Shown piece after piece: positions 43,004 through 53,592 of a DNA stretch of 64,000 bases; the stretch's first letter is position 1, and each line of letters starts with the position of its first letter. Source of the stretch: Andalucia godoyi And28 (taxonomy: Eukaryota; Protista; Jakobida); contig VRVR01000026.1 in the NCBI GenBank assembly GCA_009859145.1, positions 262,707 to 326,706 on the forward strand, read 5' to 3'. A program made the translations under genes and the position numbers. The notes beneath the pieces are model-generated. The model saw nothing but the letters and a program-made list of their open reading frames with translations, was not told the origin of the DNA and did not search any database.

Positions 43004-43344
43004 ATGGAATCGGTGGTTGTATCAGGGCAGACGCTCGCAACGGTTGAAAAGCTTACAAGTGCAGTGCGATCCGTCACTGAAAACGTCCACAATCTCAACG
43101 TCACTTTGGAACGGTATGTGAGTTTCCTTCCCTTGCTATATATTATTCACTCTGTCAGAAAAAGAAAAAGAAAAAAGAATAGAATGATGGGAAACAAACA
43201 TTGCAAATAACAATAATATTGATAATAATTGCGTTCTAAACACTGTCATTAATGCATTCTTCACGCGCAATTGGTTGGGATAGAATGTTGGACCAGTCTC
43301 GCGTGATGGAACAGCTTGAAACATCCCATCTGCGTCCGCATTAG
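43004..43344 (+). CDS. Small spliced coiled-coil protein, DASH/Dam1 subunit Dad1/Dad4-like (exons 43004-43113, 43284-43344)
   Basis: GTATGT...GATAG intron gives MESVVVSGQTLATVEKLTSAVRSVTENVHNLNVTLERMLDQSRVMEQLETSHLRPH. The 5' end is uncertain. Confidence 0.4.
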
Positions 43345-43660
43345 CGATTCCACAGAGATTGTTGTGCATTATCTCCTAGGTTTTTTTCTTCTTTCTCTTT
43401 CTTTTTGGTTTGTCGAGGGGAGGGAGGATATTTCTGTTCATTCCCTGTTCTCTGCTGTGCATGTCGTGTGGCAACCGAATGCCAATTCATACATTCACGT
43501 AAACAAAGAACAGAGTGCGCAGAGGTATTGCCGAATGCGCACAAGAAGGAGGAGGAGAATGGGAGTCTGTGAGAAAGAAGAAATAGTAGTAAATGTACAT
43601 ATAGCGTAGAGTGATACACGGGGAAGGTGGACGAACATGCGTGGAGTCATAACCATTTGG

Positions 43661-43941
43661 CTATTGGGGATTGAGCTTGGACTTTTCGAGCTCGGCTCGC
43701 AGCTGCTCTGCAAACGCCACGTCTACCTCTTCATCGTCCCAGTTGTCCGTCCATGAATCCGACTTGACATTCGAGCCTTGAGCAGTGTCGATTTCTATTC
43801 CGAGTGAGTGAACATGACTGGAAAAAGAATATGGGGGTCGAAAAGGCTGCAAAATGACGTACCTGTGTTCTCAAACTCTTCAAATTCGTCGTCGTCTTCA
43901 AGAAGATCAAGCTGGTCTGCAATCTTGTTTGCCTTGCTCAT
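43661..43941 (-). CDS. SEM1: Proteasome lid subunit SEM1/DSS1, 2 exons (43941-43863, 43794-43661), 70 aa
   Basis: LLEDDDEFEEF and WTDNWDDEEVDVAFAEQLRAEL. GTACGT...AATAG intron in phase 1. Confidence 0.92.
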
Positions 43942-44288
43942 TGCCGCGTGTGGAGGAAACAGAGAGAGACGCCTCGGGAAAAAAGAAAAGACCTTCAGAT
44001 ACGCGCTAATCAGCTCAAAAATCTCGGAAAACACCAAAAAGAAAAAAGAAAAACAGCAACAAATGAAACAGAAAAACGGCTGGGAGGCATTTGAGAGGCA
44101 CTTGATTGCAGAGGAAAATAGCAAACAAAAGGGAAACGTGCTTCAAGTAGGGACGATGGCTCCCCGCCCTTTCCCGCCGGAAAACCCTAGACAACCCTAA
44201 CAAGGTTCGGTTCAAGTTGAGTGCATCGAGTGTCCGGATGTTGCAGGTAAATTCCCGATAGTACAGCAGCTCAGGGGGGGATGACGGA

Positions 44289-45704
44289 GTGCTGCATTCG
44301 TTCGTTTTTGTGCTTGCGTCAGTGTGTGCGAGTGGTGTTGCTTTCAGTGGACTTTTCGAAACGGCAAGCAGGGGCTTCGGGAGAAAAAAAAAGGGGAGGC
44401 TTGACGAATGGATCGAAGCGATGGAACAACATACCAATGATGCGATCGATGAAATCAGAAGCTTCTTTTCTGTGCAACGCCACGCAATTGCAGAACAGGA
44501 AAGAGCGCATCTTTCGGGTCTGATTCTTGGGGCGTTTGTGCATCCAAAAACCGATGGATTTGTCAAGATGGACACCTTGTGGAATCGGTTGTGTCGAGCA
44601 CAGTTCTTGCAGTTTCTCTTTGCCCAAGGACCAAGCTCACCTCTTTGTGACGTTTTGCAAAGACTTGTTTCGGAGTACCCGTCTGCGATTCTGGATGTCG
44701 TTCGCCAGTGTCAGAGTTCCATTGAAAATTTCAACTTTGAGCATCACCTGGTGCTTGCAAGACTCGTCTCCATGTATGTTCCGATTGAGTGGGTGTTAAA
44801 CGGGATTGCAGAGCGATGCAGAGCAGAGTTTGCAGTGCAGCTTGTGGATCCACACAGGAGAAGGTTTCATTCGGTGCACGCTAGCTCGCATGACCAAACA
44901 GGCACGGTTGCTGCAGAATTATTTGGATATGCATTTTCCGCACTGGCGTTTATCGTCTCTGCGCTGTCTCTGCGCGGTCATGAAGAAAGTGTTCGCCATA
45001 TTAATGCAATTGAACAGCAGTTCGAACAGACTCTCGCGTCTCTGAAGCCTGCGTCCGCAGTTCATCCAAATCCCCCGCCTCCACCGCCGCCAGCATTACC
45101 ATTGTCGCCGCACCATCCTGCTTCAAGTGGCCTGCCATCGTCTTTTGTTTCTGATGCGCCTGCTGTTGCGGTTTCGAAGAATTCCGTTGCTCTGTACGAC
45201 GACTCCGTGTTGAGAGAGCATATAGCAGAGCTTCAGTCGGAGGTCAGAGCCATGCAGGTCGACATCGGAGAGCTTGTGCGGAGGGATCGCATGGAGACCA
45301 AGCAATTATCCGGAGTCATTTCGTCGATTGCAGACTGCCGGTCTGATGTCAACAGACTTTTGGCTGCTGCTTCGGAACTCCAAAAGGCAAACGAAGAAGC
45401 TCCACCAAAACTAGACAGTGCCATGGTGGTCGGCCGGAACACCAGAGATGCACCAGCACCGTCTCCCTTTCCCTCTTCATTAGAGCCCAGGTCTGTGGGG
45501 TCTCTCGCTCGGTCGATTTCACTGCAAGGCGCAGAGAATGCGTCAATGGCTGTTGTCCCGGCTGTCACAGCCGCCACCGTAGCGATCCGGCGACAGCTGT
45601 CGCCGTTGTCATCATGGATGTCCACTTCGCAGCAGTTTCTGTACAAGATGCTCTTGTACTTGCTGAGTTTCTTGTTTGGGATTCCCATTTCCAGCACCAA
45701 CTGA
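44289..45704 (+). CDS. Uncharacterised helical/coiled-coil protein with poly-Pro linker and hydrophobic C-terminus
   Basis: 471-aa ORF flanked by AT-rich spacers. No family recognised. Confidence 0.7.
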   Translation: MLHSFVFVLASVCASGVAFSGLFETASRGFGRKKKGRLDEWIEAMEQHTNDAIDEIRSFFSVQRHAIAEQERAHLSGLILGAFVHPKTDGFVKMDTLWNRLCRAQFLQFLFAQGPSSPLCDVLQRLVSEYPSAILDVVRQCQSSIENFNFEHHLVLARLVSMYVPIEWVLNGIAERCRAEFAVQLVDPHRRRFHSVHASSHDQTGTVAAELFGYAFSALAFIVSALSLRGHEESVRHINAIEQQFEQTLASLKPASAVHPNPPPPPPPALPLSPHHPASSGLPSSFVSDAPAVAVSKNSVALYDDSVLREHIAELQSEVRAMQVDIGELVRRDRMETKQLSGVISSIADCRSDVNRLLAAASELQKANEEAPPKLDSAMVVGRNTRDAPAPSPFPSSLEPRSVGSLARSISLQGAENASMAVVPAVTAATVAIRRQLSPLSSWMSTSQQFLYKMLLYLLSFLFGIPISSTN

Positions 45705-45896
45705 AAGAAGACATCGTTGTCGTCTTCAAAATCAAGATCCGATTAATGGCAACAGAATGAACAAATAAAGCGTTTACGTATTCGATTCGACTTTGAGATT
45801 TCGTGCAACACAATAAATCGACGCCTTTCCCCCCTCCCTTACCGGACGAAGTGCTCTTCTCCGCAGCAAAACAAGACAACATAAAAAAAGAAAATC

Positions 45897-45900
<4 letters not shown>

Positions 45901-45930
<30 letters not shown>
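45901..45930. repeat. (CA)n microsatellite
   Basis: Read directly from the sequence. Confidence 0.9.
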
Positions 45931-45935
<5 letters not shown>

Positions 45936-45975
45936 ACACGACACAATTATGCACCACAGCATTGGGAGCGACGCA

Positions 45976-48900
45976 TTACACAGCTTGCGCAGTTGGAGCT
46001 GCACCAGTTGCATCAGCGGACTCCATTTCCAACACAAGATCTCCTGCTTCAAGGACATCTCCTTCCGACACGCAAACGCGCTTGACTACACCCTCTCGCG
46101 GAGCTGACAAGACCGTTTCCATCTTCATCGCGGACAGAACGCACATCGCCTCCCCCTTTGCGACCTTCTGTCCGACTTTCGCGGCGACCCGCACAACCTT
46201 TCCAGGCATGGGCGCTGCAATGGAGCCTTGGACCTTCTTGTCGGCCTTCTCCCGCTTTGCAGAAGACCCCCCTCTGGCCGATCCGGTGACTGCTTTTTCT
46301 TCTTCATGCACAAATACGGACCGGGGCTTTCCATCCACGGCAAAAAAGACTTCGCGCAAGCTGGAAACAGCGTTTCGTTCGCCAATAGCCATCAGCTTGA
46401 CCTCGGTCCATTTTCCGCGACTGAGAGGAACTCTAACTGTCTGGCCGATACGCAGTCCTCCAAAGAACACGTCAGTAGGAAGGTTCTGTGTATCTGTACC
46501 AAACATCTGCTTGAATGATTCAAAGGACTCGAATTCCTTGGGGTACAGCGCGGCAGACAGCAGCGCCTTAGCGTCAGCAGCAGGATCAAGTTCCAAATCG
46601 GTTGCAAGCTTGGCAAAATCAAGAGCGGCCATTTCTGCTCCGGGTCTCCCATCAAACGACTTGACGCGCCCTTTCAAGACGCGGCGCTGCAGGTCGGCGG
46701 GAATGCCGCCTTCGGGAATGCCGATTCCACCTTTGAGGTAGTCCACAACAGAGGACGGGAAAGAGAGCTCGTCTGCCTTATCCATCACTTGTTTGGGGGA
46801 CAGGTGATTTGCGACCATGAACTGCGCGAGATCGCCAACGACCTTCGAACTCGGGGTGACCTTGATGATATCTCCGAGTAAAACATTTGCGTCGCGATAT
46901 GCTTGTTTGACGGCTGGCCAACGGTCGGCGAGACCGAGGGAGTTCGCTTGGAAGTGCAAATTCGAATACTGTCCACCCGGAATCTCGTTGATGAAAATAT
47001 CAGCACTTGTTGAACGAAGAGACTGCGTGACTTCAAACGGAGCGTAGAGCGTTCGCAACTGCTCCCAGTACGTCGAGATACTCATCAGTGGTTCCAGTTC
47101 CAGTCCAGTGTCCCGTTCTGTGCCAAGAAGCGATGCAACGAGCGCGCCTGCCGAAGGCTGGGAGGTCAGTCCGGACATGGAGTCAATGGCGACGTCCACG
47201 ACATCCACTCCAGCTGCCGAGCACGCCAACATGGAAGCCACTCCCGTGCCTGCTGAATCATGAGTATGAACATGAATGGGCATGCTTGCAGGAATCACCG
47301 CACGGAGGGCCGTGACCAACGGCTCTACATCTTGAGGTCGTAGAAGCCCCGCCATGTCCTTGATGCATAGGACGTGGGCACCGGACCGGACACAAGCCTC
47401 CGCAACCTTGGCGTAATACTCCAGCGTGTACTTTCCGCGAATGCCTGTGTAAGACAGCGCGGCCTCCACCACGCCACCTGCCTGACCGGCCGCCTCGATG
47501 CCGAGTTGCAGGTTTGGAAGGTAGTTCAGCGAGTCGAACACTCGAAACACGTCCATTCCAGACTTTACCGCCTGGTCGCAGAACTTGGATACAACATTGT
47601 CCGGGTATGACGTGTATCCGACAGCATTGGCACCGCGAAGTAGCATCTGCATTGGAGTGTGGGGTATCCGTTCACGCAACTGCTCGAGTCTGTCCCATGG
47701 ACATTCACGGAGAAACTGCAGGCACACATCAAACGTCGCGCCTCCCCATGTTTCTAAGCTGTATGCAGCAGGGGCGAACGCAGCAGCCTGAGCCTCCGCA
47801 ACTGCAAGAAGATCGTGGGTCCGAACTCGCGTAGCAAGCAACGACTGGTGTGCATCCCGCATTGTGGTGTCCATGAGCAGCAGCTGTTTGTGGTTGCGGA
47901 CAGCCTTTGCAAATCCGTTCGGCCCCTCGCTGCGCAGTACGTCCCGCCAGCCCTTTTGTTTTCGTCCGTTGATTTGCAAGTCGCGATGCTGTGCAACACT
48001 AGACAAATGCGGGGACTTTGGACGAATAATTGTGTTTGGGTCCTTGTAATGGCCGGGGTACTCGCGATGAACCGACTTCTCTCCGAGAAATCGCATCAGC
48101 TTCTTCAGGCGTGCTCTGTCTCCTTCTTCAGATGCAAACTGCTCAGGAGATCTGTCAAGGACGTTGGTGTCCAGACCACCACTGAGGAACTGTGGATGTT
48201 GGAGAATCGAACCAAGGAACGGCAGGTTCGTGGGCACATCTGTGTGAGTATCCTTCAGTGCCTGGACGGCCTTTGCCGTTGCCACAGAGAGATCGCGACC
48301 AGAAACAATAATTTTGAACAGTAATGGATCAAAATGTGCAGCAGCAGATAAGTCAGCGCCAGCATATCCGTACGATCCGCCGTCGACCCGGATCCCCGCG
48401 CCCTCAGGTAGCTGCAGGTGGCCCATGGTACCTGTCATTGCCTGCGACGTTACGCGCAGCTGGATTGACACACCACGGGTCTGGGTGTTATTGACATGAA
48501 GTTGTTCGAGAGAAGAGCCTTGTGCAATACCGATCTGCGTGTGTACAAGATCAACACCCGTAACCTGCTCAGTGATGGTATGTTCCACCTGCAGTCTCGG
48601 GTTCACTTCCATGAAGAAGTGCTCCCCGGTGTTGGGATCGATCAGGAACTCGACCGTCCCGGCGTTCTCGTACTTTGCATATCCAGCAAGCTTGACCGCA
48701 TCACCAAGGACTCTTTCTCGAAGGGACCTTGGAAGGTGCACAGCAGGAGCAATTTCCACGACTTTTTGGTGTCGCTGCTGGATGGAACAGTCGCGATCCC
48801 ACAGATGCGCGACGTTTCCGTACGCGTCTCCGACAACTTGCACCTCGATGTGGCGAGGATGCGGCAAAAACCGCTCTACAAACAAGTCTCCTTTTCCGAA

Positions 48901-49521
48901 AGCAGACTCGGCCTCTCTGTGCGCAGAAGAGAATTTGTCCTTCAGCTCGTCCGCGGAACGGACAATGCGCATTCCACGTCCGCCACCTCCAAACGCAGCT
49001 TTGAGAATGACTGGGAACCCGTGCTTTGCACAGAACGCCATTGCTTCTTCTGGGCTTTGAACTGGCTCTGCGGTGCCGGGCAGTACCGGAAGTCCTGCTT
49101 TTACAGCAAGACTTCGTGCAGACACCTTGTCTCCCATGGTTTCGATGGAGTCCGGTCGCGGCCCGATCCAGGTGATTCCGGCATCAATCACCTTCCTTGC
49201 AAACTCGGCATTTTCCGAAAGGAACCCATACCCTGGATGAATTGCGTCTACGCTTTCAGACTTTGCGATCTCGATGATCTCGTCCATCCCAAGATATCCA
49301 GCGACGGGAGTTGCACTTGATGAAGTTGTCCGGAACTTGGAGACTTCGAAAGCCTGGTCTGCAACACGGGTGTGCATGGATCCAGAGTCCTCGCGAGGAA
49401 ATATTGCAACAGTCTTTATTCCAAGCTCATGTGCAGCCTTGAACACCCGCACAGCAATCTCTCCGCGATTCGCAGCCATAAGCTTGCGGATCGGCTTGAA
49501 GGTTCTTCCAGCACTGTGCAT
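45976..49521 (-). CDS. PC: Pyruvate carboxylase
   Basis: ANRGEIAVR, HPGYGFLSEN and EVNPRLQVEH (biotin carboxylase); DTTMRDAHQSLLATR, IKDMAG and HVHTHD (carboxyltransferase); AMKM biotin site. Confidence 0.97.
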   Translation of the reverse strand: MHSAGRTFKPIRKLMAANRGEIAVRVFKAAHELGIKTVAIFPREDSGSMHTRVADQAFEVSKFRTTSSSATPVAGYLGMDEIIEIAKSESVDAIHPGYGFLSENAEFARKVIDAGITWIGPRPDSIETMGDKVSARSLAVKAGLPVLPGTAEPVQSPEEAMAFCAKHGFPVILKAAFGGGGRGMRIVRSADELKDKFSSAHREAESAFGKGDLFVERFLPHPRHIEVQVVGDAYGNVAHLWDRDCSIQQRHQKVVEIAPAVHLPRSLRERVLGDAVKLAGYAKYENAGTVEFLIDPNTGEHFFMEVNPRLQVEHTITEQVTGVDLVHTQIGIAQGSSLEQLHVNNTQTRGVSIQLRVTSQAMTGTMGHLQLPEGAGIRVDGGSYGYAGADLSAAAHFDPLLFKIIVSGRDLSVATAKAVQALKDTHTDVPTNLPFLGSILQHPQFLSGGLDTNVLDRSPEQFASEEGDRARLKKLMRFLGEKSVHREYPGHYKDPNTIIRPKSPHLSSVAQHRDLQINGRKQKGWRDVLRSEGPNGFAKAVRNHKQLLLMDTTMRDAHQSLLATRVRTHDLLAVAEAQAAAFAPAAYSLETWGGATFDVCLQFLRECPWDRLEQLRERIPHTPMQMLLRGANAVGYTSYPDNVVSKFCDQAVKSGMDVFRVFDSLNYLPNLQLGIEAAGQAGGVVEAALSYTGIRGKYTLEYYAKVAEACVRSGAHVLCIKDMAGLLRPQDVEPLVTALRAVIPASMPIHVHTHDSAGTGVASMLACSAAGVDVVDVAIDSMSGLTSQPSAGALVASLLGTERDTGLELEPLMSISTYWEQLRTLYAPFEVTQSLRSTSADIFINEIPGGQYSNLHFQANSLGLADRWPAVKQAYRDANVLLGDIIKVTPSSKVVGDLAQFMVANHLSPKQVMDKADELSFPSSVVDYLKGGIGIPEGGIPADLQRRVLKGRVKSFDGRPGAEMAALDFAKLATDLELDPAADAKALLSAALYPKEFESFESFKQMFGTDTQNLPTDVFFGGLRIGQTVRVPLSRGKWTEVKLMAIGERNAVSSLREVFFAVDGKPRSVFVHEEEKAVTGSARGGSSAKREKADKKVQGSIAAPMPGKVVRVAAKVGQKVAKGEAMCVLSAMKMETVLSAPREGVVKRVCVSEGDVLEAGDLVLEMESADATGAAPTAQAV

Positions 49522-49908
49522 GCTAAATCAGGAATTCACTTACGCCAGAAGTCCAGATAAACCCACACCAAGTTTTCAAACGAGAGCAGAGAGACAGACT
49601 GTGCAACACGAAGAGGAAAAAGAAGGAAGAGCTGGTTCTCTGTTTGTTTCTTTTTTTTTTTTTTGTTTTTGGGAAGGAAAAGGAAAAACGGAGGCCTAAA
49701 AATTAATTAAAAAAACAAAAACAAAAATAAAATACCTGAACGAGAGGAATCGAAAGAACACGCGAGAGTCGAGAACGATTTCAGTTTTCCAGTGCGTACT
49801 TGACTGTGCGAGCAGACGAATCGTGCGTATTCCCCCGAGCGGGTGATTTGTTGGCGCATTTCATCCACCCGTCCAAACAATCCCCGCTGGCCTCCGAATC
49901 CTTTTTTA

Positions 49909-49977
49909 CAACCAACCGCAGTGATGTGAGATGATTTCTTTTTTGGTTAGAACGCCGTCTATTTTGGAATGAACTGC
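49909..49977. repeat. Left TIR (69 bp)
   Basis: Exact reverse complement of 52189-52257. Confidence 0.95.
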
Positions 49978-50119
49978 AGCAGCTGCAGCAGCTGTACTTT
50001 TGAATAAATCCAGGGCCCACCATGGGGCCCACATCCCCGCCCACGCGAATGAACGCAATCGAAAAGTGTTTTTTATTTTGCTGTTTTCTTGCAGATTTAT
50101 TCGAAGGTGCCACATAGGA

Positions 50120-52039
50120 TCAAGGCTTCGTAAAGAGAGGAATGAGACAAATTTCATCCATGTCAGTTCTTGCTGGTTCTCCTTCATTCCGCTCAACAGT
50201 TCCTGTTTCGACTTCGTTTTCTCGGAGTCCTGGATGAAGATCAATGCCCCAGTCTTTGTACTTCTGCATCACGATTTCGGCTTTTTCATCCCCTTCGTGA
50301 ATCCCGTCCAGAATTTGACGAGTATTCACCGGAATTTTTGTCAGGCACTGCACGAAGAACGAACGTGCATGCTTGTACGCGGCACCAATGTGTTCGGCAG
50401 GGATCTGGGTCGCAGCTTGCTGAACCAGTGCTGCAACCGCAGCTACGTTTGTCGCAGCTTTCTCTCGGACAATCTGGCAGAATTGAAACTTCCACATTCC
50501 AAATACCTCCTCGCAAGGATCCAAAAACGGAGAATATGGTGGCAACCGTTCCACTTCAATTTTGGATTCCCACTCGCGCAACAATGGTATCACTGTTTGC
50601 TTCGCCATATGCATTGGAACATTGTCGTGAATGATCATTTGCTTTTCACCTTCGAGAAGCTTTCCCGTTTGTTCGAGACGCCGGAAGAGATTCTTCAAAA
50701 ATAGGGCATATGTGGCTCCATTGATGCCTCCTGTGTAGCATTCGTAATAGACGAGCGAACTTCTGTCGACAGCTGCGATCACAGTCAGGCTCGGCACATG
50801 GATGTCGTGGATTGCAAGCAGTGGGCGGCATCCTTGAAGGGATATTCCTTGTTCGGGATGAACATCAAAATTGAACGGCGTCTCGTCGATGAAAATTGCC
50901 TTTTGATACTGTTCTTCTTTGTCGCCAAGCATTTTTGCAGCATACTCACTTCGAGCTTGAATGACACGCTCCAGATTTCGAGAGACTGGAACCGTCAGGA
51001 AGTCTGCTAGTCGAAAGCCAAGGTTGTTATGTAAGTATTTTTGCAGATTCTGAGCCAAATGGTCTTTGTTCACGACCTGCAACTCCGGAAACTGGATCAC
51101 CAGCTTGTCTGCCAGATCTCGATAATGAAGATTGTTGTCGAAGACCATCTTTCGCGCAGCCCATAGAAGGTGATCTTCCGACAAGATTCTCTGCCGTCGG
51201 CTTGAGGGGTTCTGCCCTCCTCTCGACGGCATTCCTACAGGATCCAGTCCGTGCAATTGTCGCTGACGCATTCTGTTCCAAGTGGTCCGGACAGTGTTGA
51301 TGTTTTTCTCCAAAATCCTTGCTACGTCGCTTGCACGACTTCCCATGAAGTTGATCTGGTTCCAAATGATCTTCCGATCCTCCTGGGATACAACTCCAGT
51401 AGGCTTTATCGGTATTCGCGCCAGTTCTGCCTTTTCCTTTTCCAATGCTTCCTTTTGCTGGTGCTCTGCAAGTGCTGCCTTTGCCAACGTCTCTCGCACT
51501 GCCGCTTGCATCGTTAGCGTGCGAGCTGCGTCGATGCTTTGAGCCTTTCGTGTTCGTTTCATTTCCCGAAGCTCCTTTGAAGTGTCCAGTGACATTCGCC
51601 TTTTCGATTTCAACTGATTCATGTTGAGGTTTTGCATTTCCGGAATTGATGCCAAGTCTATGTCCGGAATTGGAATCACCTTCTCAGTATTCGGTAAGAT
51701 CCGCTTCGCAATTTGATTTGGAACACTCGCATTTGATGAGGCCGATGCCACAGCCTGTGTGGCTCTTCGTTTCAATGAAGGCACGCGAACAAAATTGTCA
51801 TGGATCTCATTCAATGGTTGTCGGACTGGGAGTGTCTCGGGAGCTGTCCTTTCTCGGAGGATTTCTTCTTCCGCCGCCGCAAACGGACCACGGCATGCAT
51901 TCCTCCACGCTGTAGTCAAAAATATGGAATCATTATTCGAAGGAGCTATTTCCTGTCCTGCAATGTTCGTGGACGGCCCTGCTGCGGCCCCGCTGTCGTT
52001 TTCTCTCAGTGATGTAGGGTCCTGGCTTTCCATTTCCAA
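50120..52039 (-). CDS. DD37E transposase
   Basis: HTH (ASDVARILEKNINTVRT), FIDETPFN (D1), IIHDNVPMH (D2), LPPYSPFLDPCEEVFGMWK (E). 37 residues between D2 and E, counted by hand. Confidence 0.93.
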   Translation of the reverse strand: MEMESQDPTSLRENDSGAAAGPSTNIAGQEIAPSNNDSIFLTTAWRNACRGPFAAAEEEILRERTAPETLPVRQPLNEIHDNFVRVPSLKRRATQAVASASSNASVPNQIAKRILPNTEKVIPIPDIDLASIPEMQNLNMNQLKSKRRMSLDTSKELREMKRTRKAQSIDAARTLTMQAAVRETLAKAALAEHQQKEALEKEKAELARIPIKPTGVVSQEDRKIIWNQINFMGSRASDVARILEKNINTVRTTWNRMRQRQLHGLDPVGMPSRGGQNPSSRRQRILSEDHLLWAARKMVFDNNLHYRDLADKLVIQFPELQVVNKDHLAQNLQKYLHNNLGFRLADFLTVPVSRNLERVIQARSEYAAKMLGDKEEQYQKAIFIDETPFNFDVHPEQGISLQGCRPLLAIHDIHVPSLTVIAAVDRSSLVYYECYTGGINGATYALFLKNLFRRLEQTGKLLEGEKQMIIHDNVPMHMAKQTVIPLLREWESKIEVERLPPYSPFLDPCEEVFGMWKFQFCQIVREKAATNVAAVAALVQQAATQIPAEHIGAAYKHARSFFVQCLTKIPVNTRQILDGIHEGDEKAEIVMQKYKDWGIDLHPGLRENEVETGTVERNEGEPARTDMDEICLIPLFTKP

Positions 52040-52188
52040 GTTTTCCGTGCGCTTTATAAGTAGGCGTGTTTTAAGATTGCTTGCAGTTTATCTGGAGATG
52101 GTTTTTTTATTTCGTAAACCATTTCAGTACACAGAAATCCTTCGTCCAAACGGCGTGCGCGCCAACTTTATTTTCGCCAACCGTAGCG

Positions 52189-52257
52189 GCAGTTCATTCC
52201 AAAATAGACGGCGTTCTAACCAAAAAAGAAATCATCTCACATCACTGCGGTTGGTTG
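52189..52257. repeat. Right TIR (69 bp)
   Basis: Exact reverse complement of 49909-49977. Confidence 0.95.
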
Positions 52258-52522
52258 TATCTAGCCAAAGATGGGCAGCTGCAGCAGTCGTAGTTGCAGC
52301 TCCTTTTGACGTCACAAATCTCCGAAAGACCCACCCCTCCCAGAAAAAACCCTCAAAGACTTTCGACAAGCACCACCCCAACGTTTCAACAGGACCTCTC
52401 CGATAAATCCAGATTCAGCCACACCCAACACCAAACCGATAGAAGACATTTCCAGTGATGCAGTAGACACTGGTGAGCACCAGCCAAGGAATATCAACGA
52501 ACAGACAACTGCGCGAGCGACC

Positions 52523-52985
52523 ATGATGCGATTTTCGAGGCGATTGAAACGAGATCGAGAGCATGATGATGTCATGCTTGACAGCTATTATGCGCCGAAG
52601 CGATACTTGTCGGAATCAATGGCGGATTTGTTGCAGTCTCTTTCGGTATCTCCGTCGATAGTGCCACTGACCGCGACCACGATTGAGCCGCCTTCGAGGA
52701 TGGTGCTGACGGGCGAGACCGGCGACGAAGACACAAGCAGACAGTCGATGCAGCAGAATGGAAAGGACGAGTGTGGAAAACTGGAGCTTCTGAATGGCAC
52801 TGCTTGTACTGCGCTCGTGCCTTACGTCTCGCAAACCCCCGTTTTGCGCTTGACGCCGCATGAGTTGTACTCGGAGACAGTCCTGGACAGAATCGCGAAA
52901 AAGAATGCACAGCGCATGCTTCTTAATCTCGATGAACACATGAATAGGGAAACTAAGATGAAAACAATGACTGGACGTGATGATG

Positions 52986-53016
<31 letters not shown>

Positions 53017-53110
53017 GCCGGTACTGGCGGATGCAATGGCTGTCGATGCAGAGATGCTCGATGAATCTTTTGTAGAACGCACGTCATCATTCAGCATGGA
53101 CATCGATTAA
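52523..53110 (+). CDS. Uncharacterised acidic low-complexity protein
   Basis: 195-aa ORF with poly-Asp. The frame is open from 52310, so the true 5' end is uncertain. Confidence 0.55.
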
Positions 53111-53282
53111 GCATAGGGTTTTTTTATTGCGCTGCTTGTCCACAAATCTTCCATCAAGACCCGGGGGTGTCGCCCGAGTTTGTTGCTTTCTCCTTATTGC
53201 CTACTGTCTGCTGAACTCCCCAGCTTTTGAGAAATTCCTGAGCACCCGTGCAAGACGACCGTAGTATGACAGGAAAGTCCGG

Positions 53283-53318
53283 CACACCGCTCCACCAGAC
53301 GTTTTGGGGTTGGAGGGT
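53283..53318 (+). repeat. Solo end of the 40489-41074 TIR family
   Basis: CCACCAGACGTTTTGGGGTTGGAGGG matches the reverse complement of 40489-40515 (CCACCAGACGATTTGGGTTGGAAAGG). Confidence 0.55.
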
Positions 53319-53592
53319 TTGTAATTAGCTCTCATTAGAGAGGCATGGAAAGAAACCCTCTGCTAGGGTTACTGCCCTCAATTTGATGCTCCTTTTGGTT
53401 CCTCTGGTGCATGGAAAATGAAGACTCACGAAAGGCAAACAGAACATGTGCTTCATCGACCTCTTTTTCTTTGTTTATTTACTTCTCTCTCTTTTCCTTT
53501 TTCTTTTCCTTTTTCTTTTTCTCTTTTTCCTTTTCTTGCCCCCCAGCCCTTTTAACACTCTTCACCTCCGTTTATTCGGTTTAAAGAACACC

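Larger units (their letters stand above)
49909..52257 (-). mobile_element. Full-length Tc1/mariner (IS630-like) DNA transposon, 2349 bp
   Basis: 69-bp perfect TIRs (49909-49977 and 52189-52257), TA on both sides (49907-8, 52258-9) and one intact transposase ORF. Confidence 0.95.
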
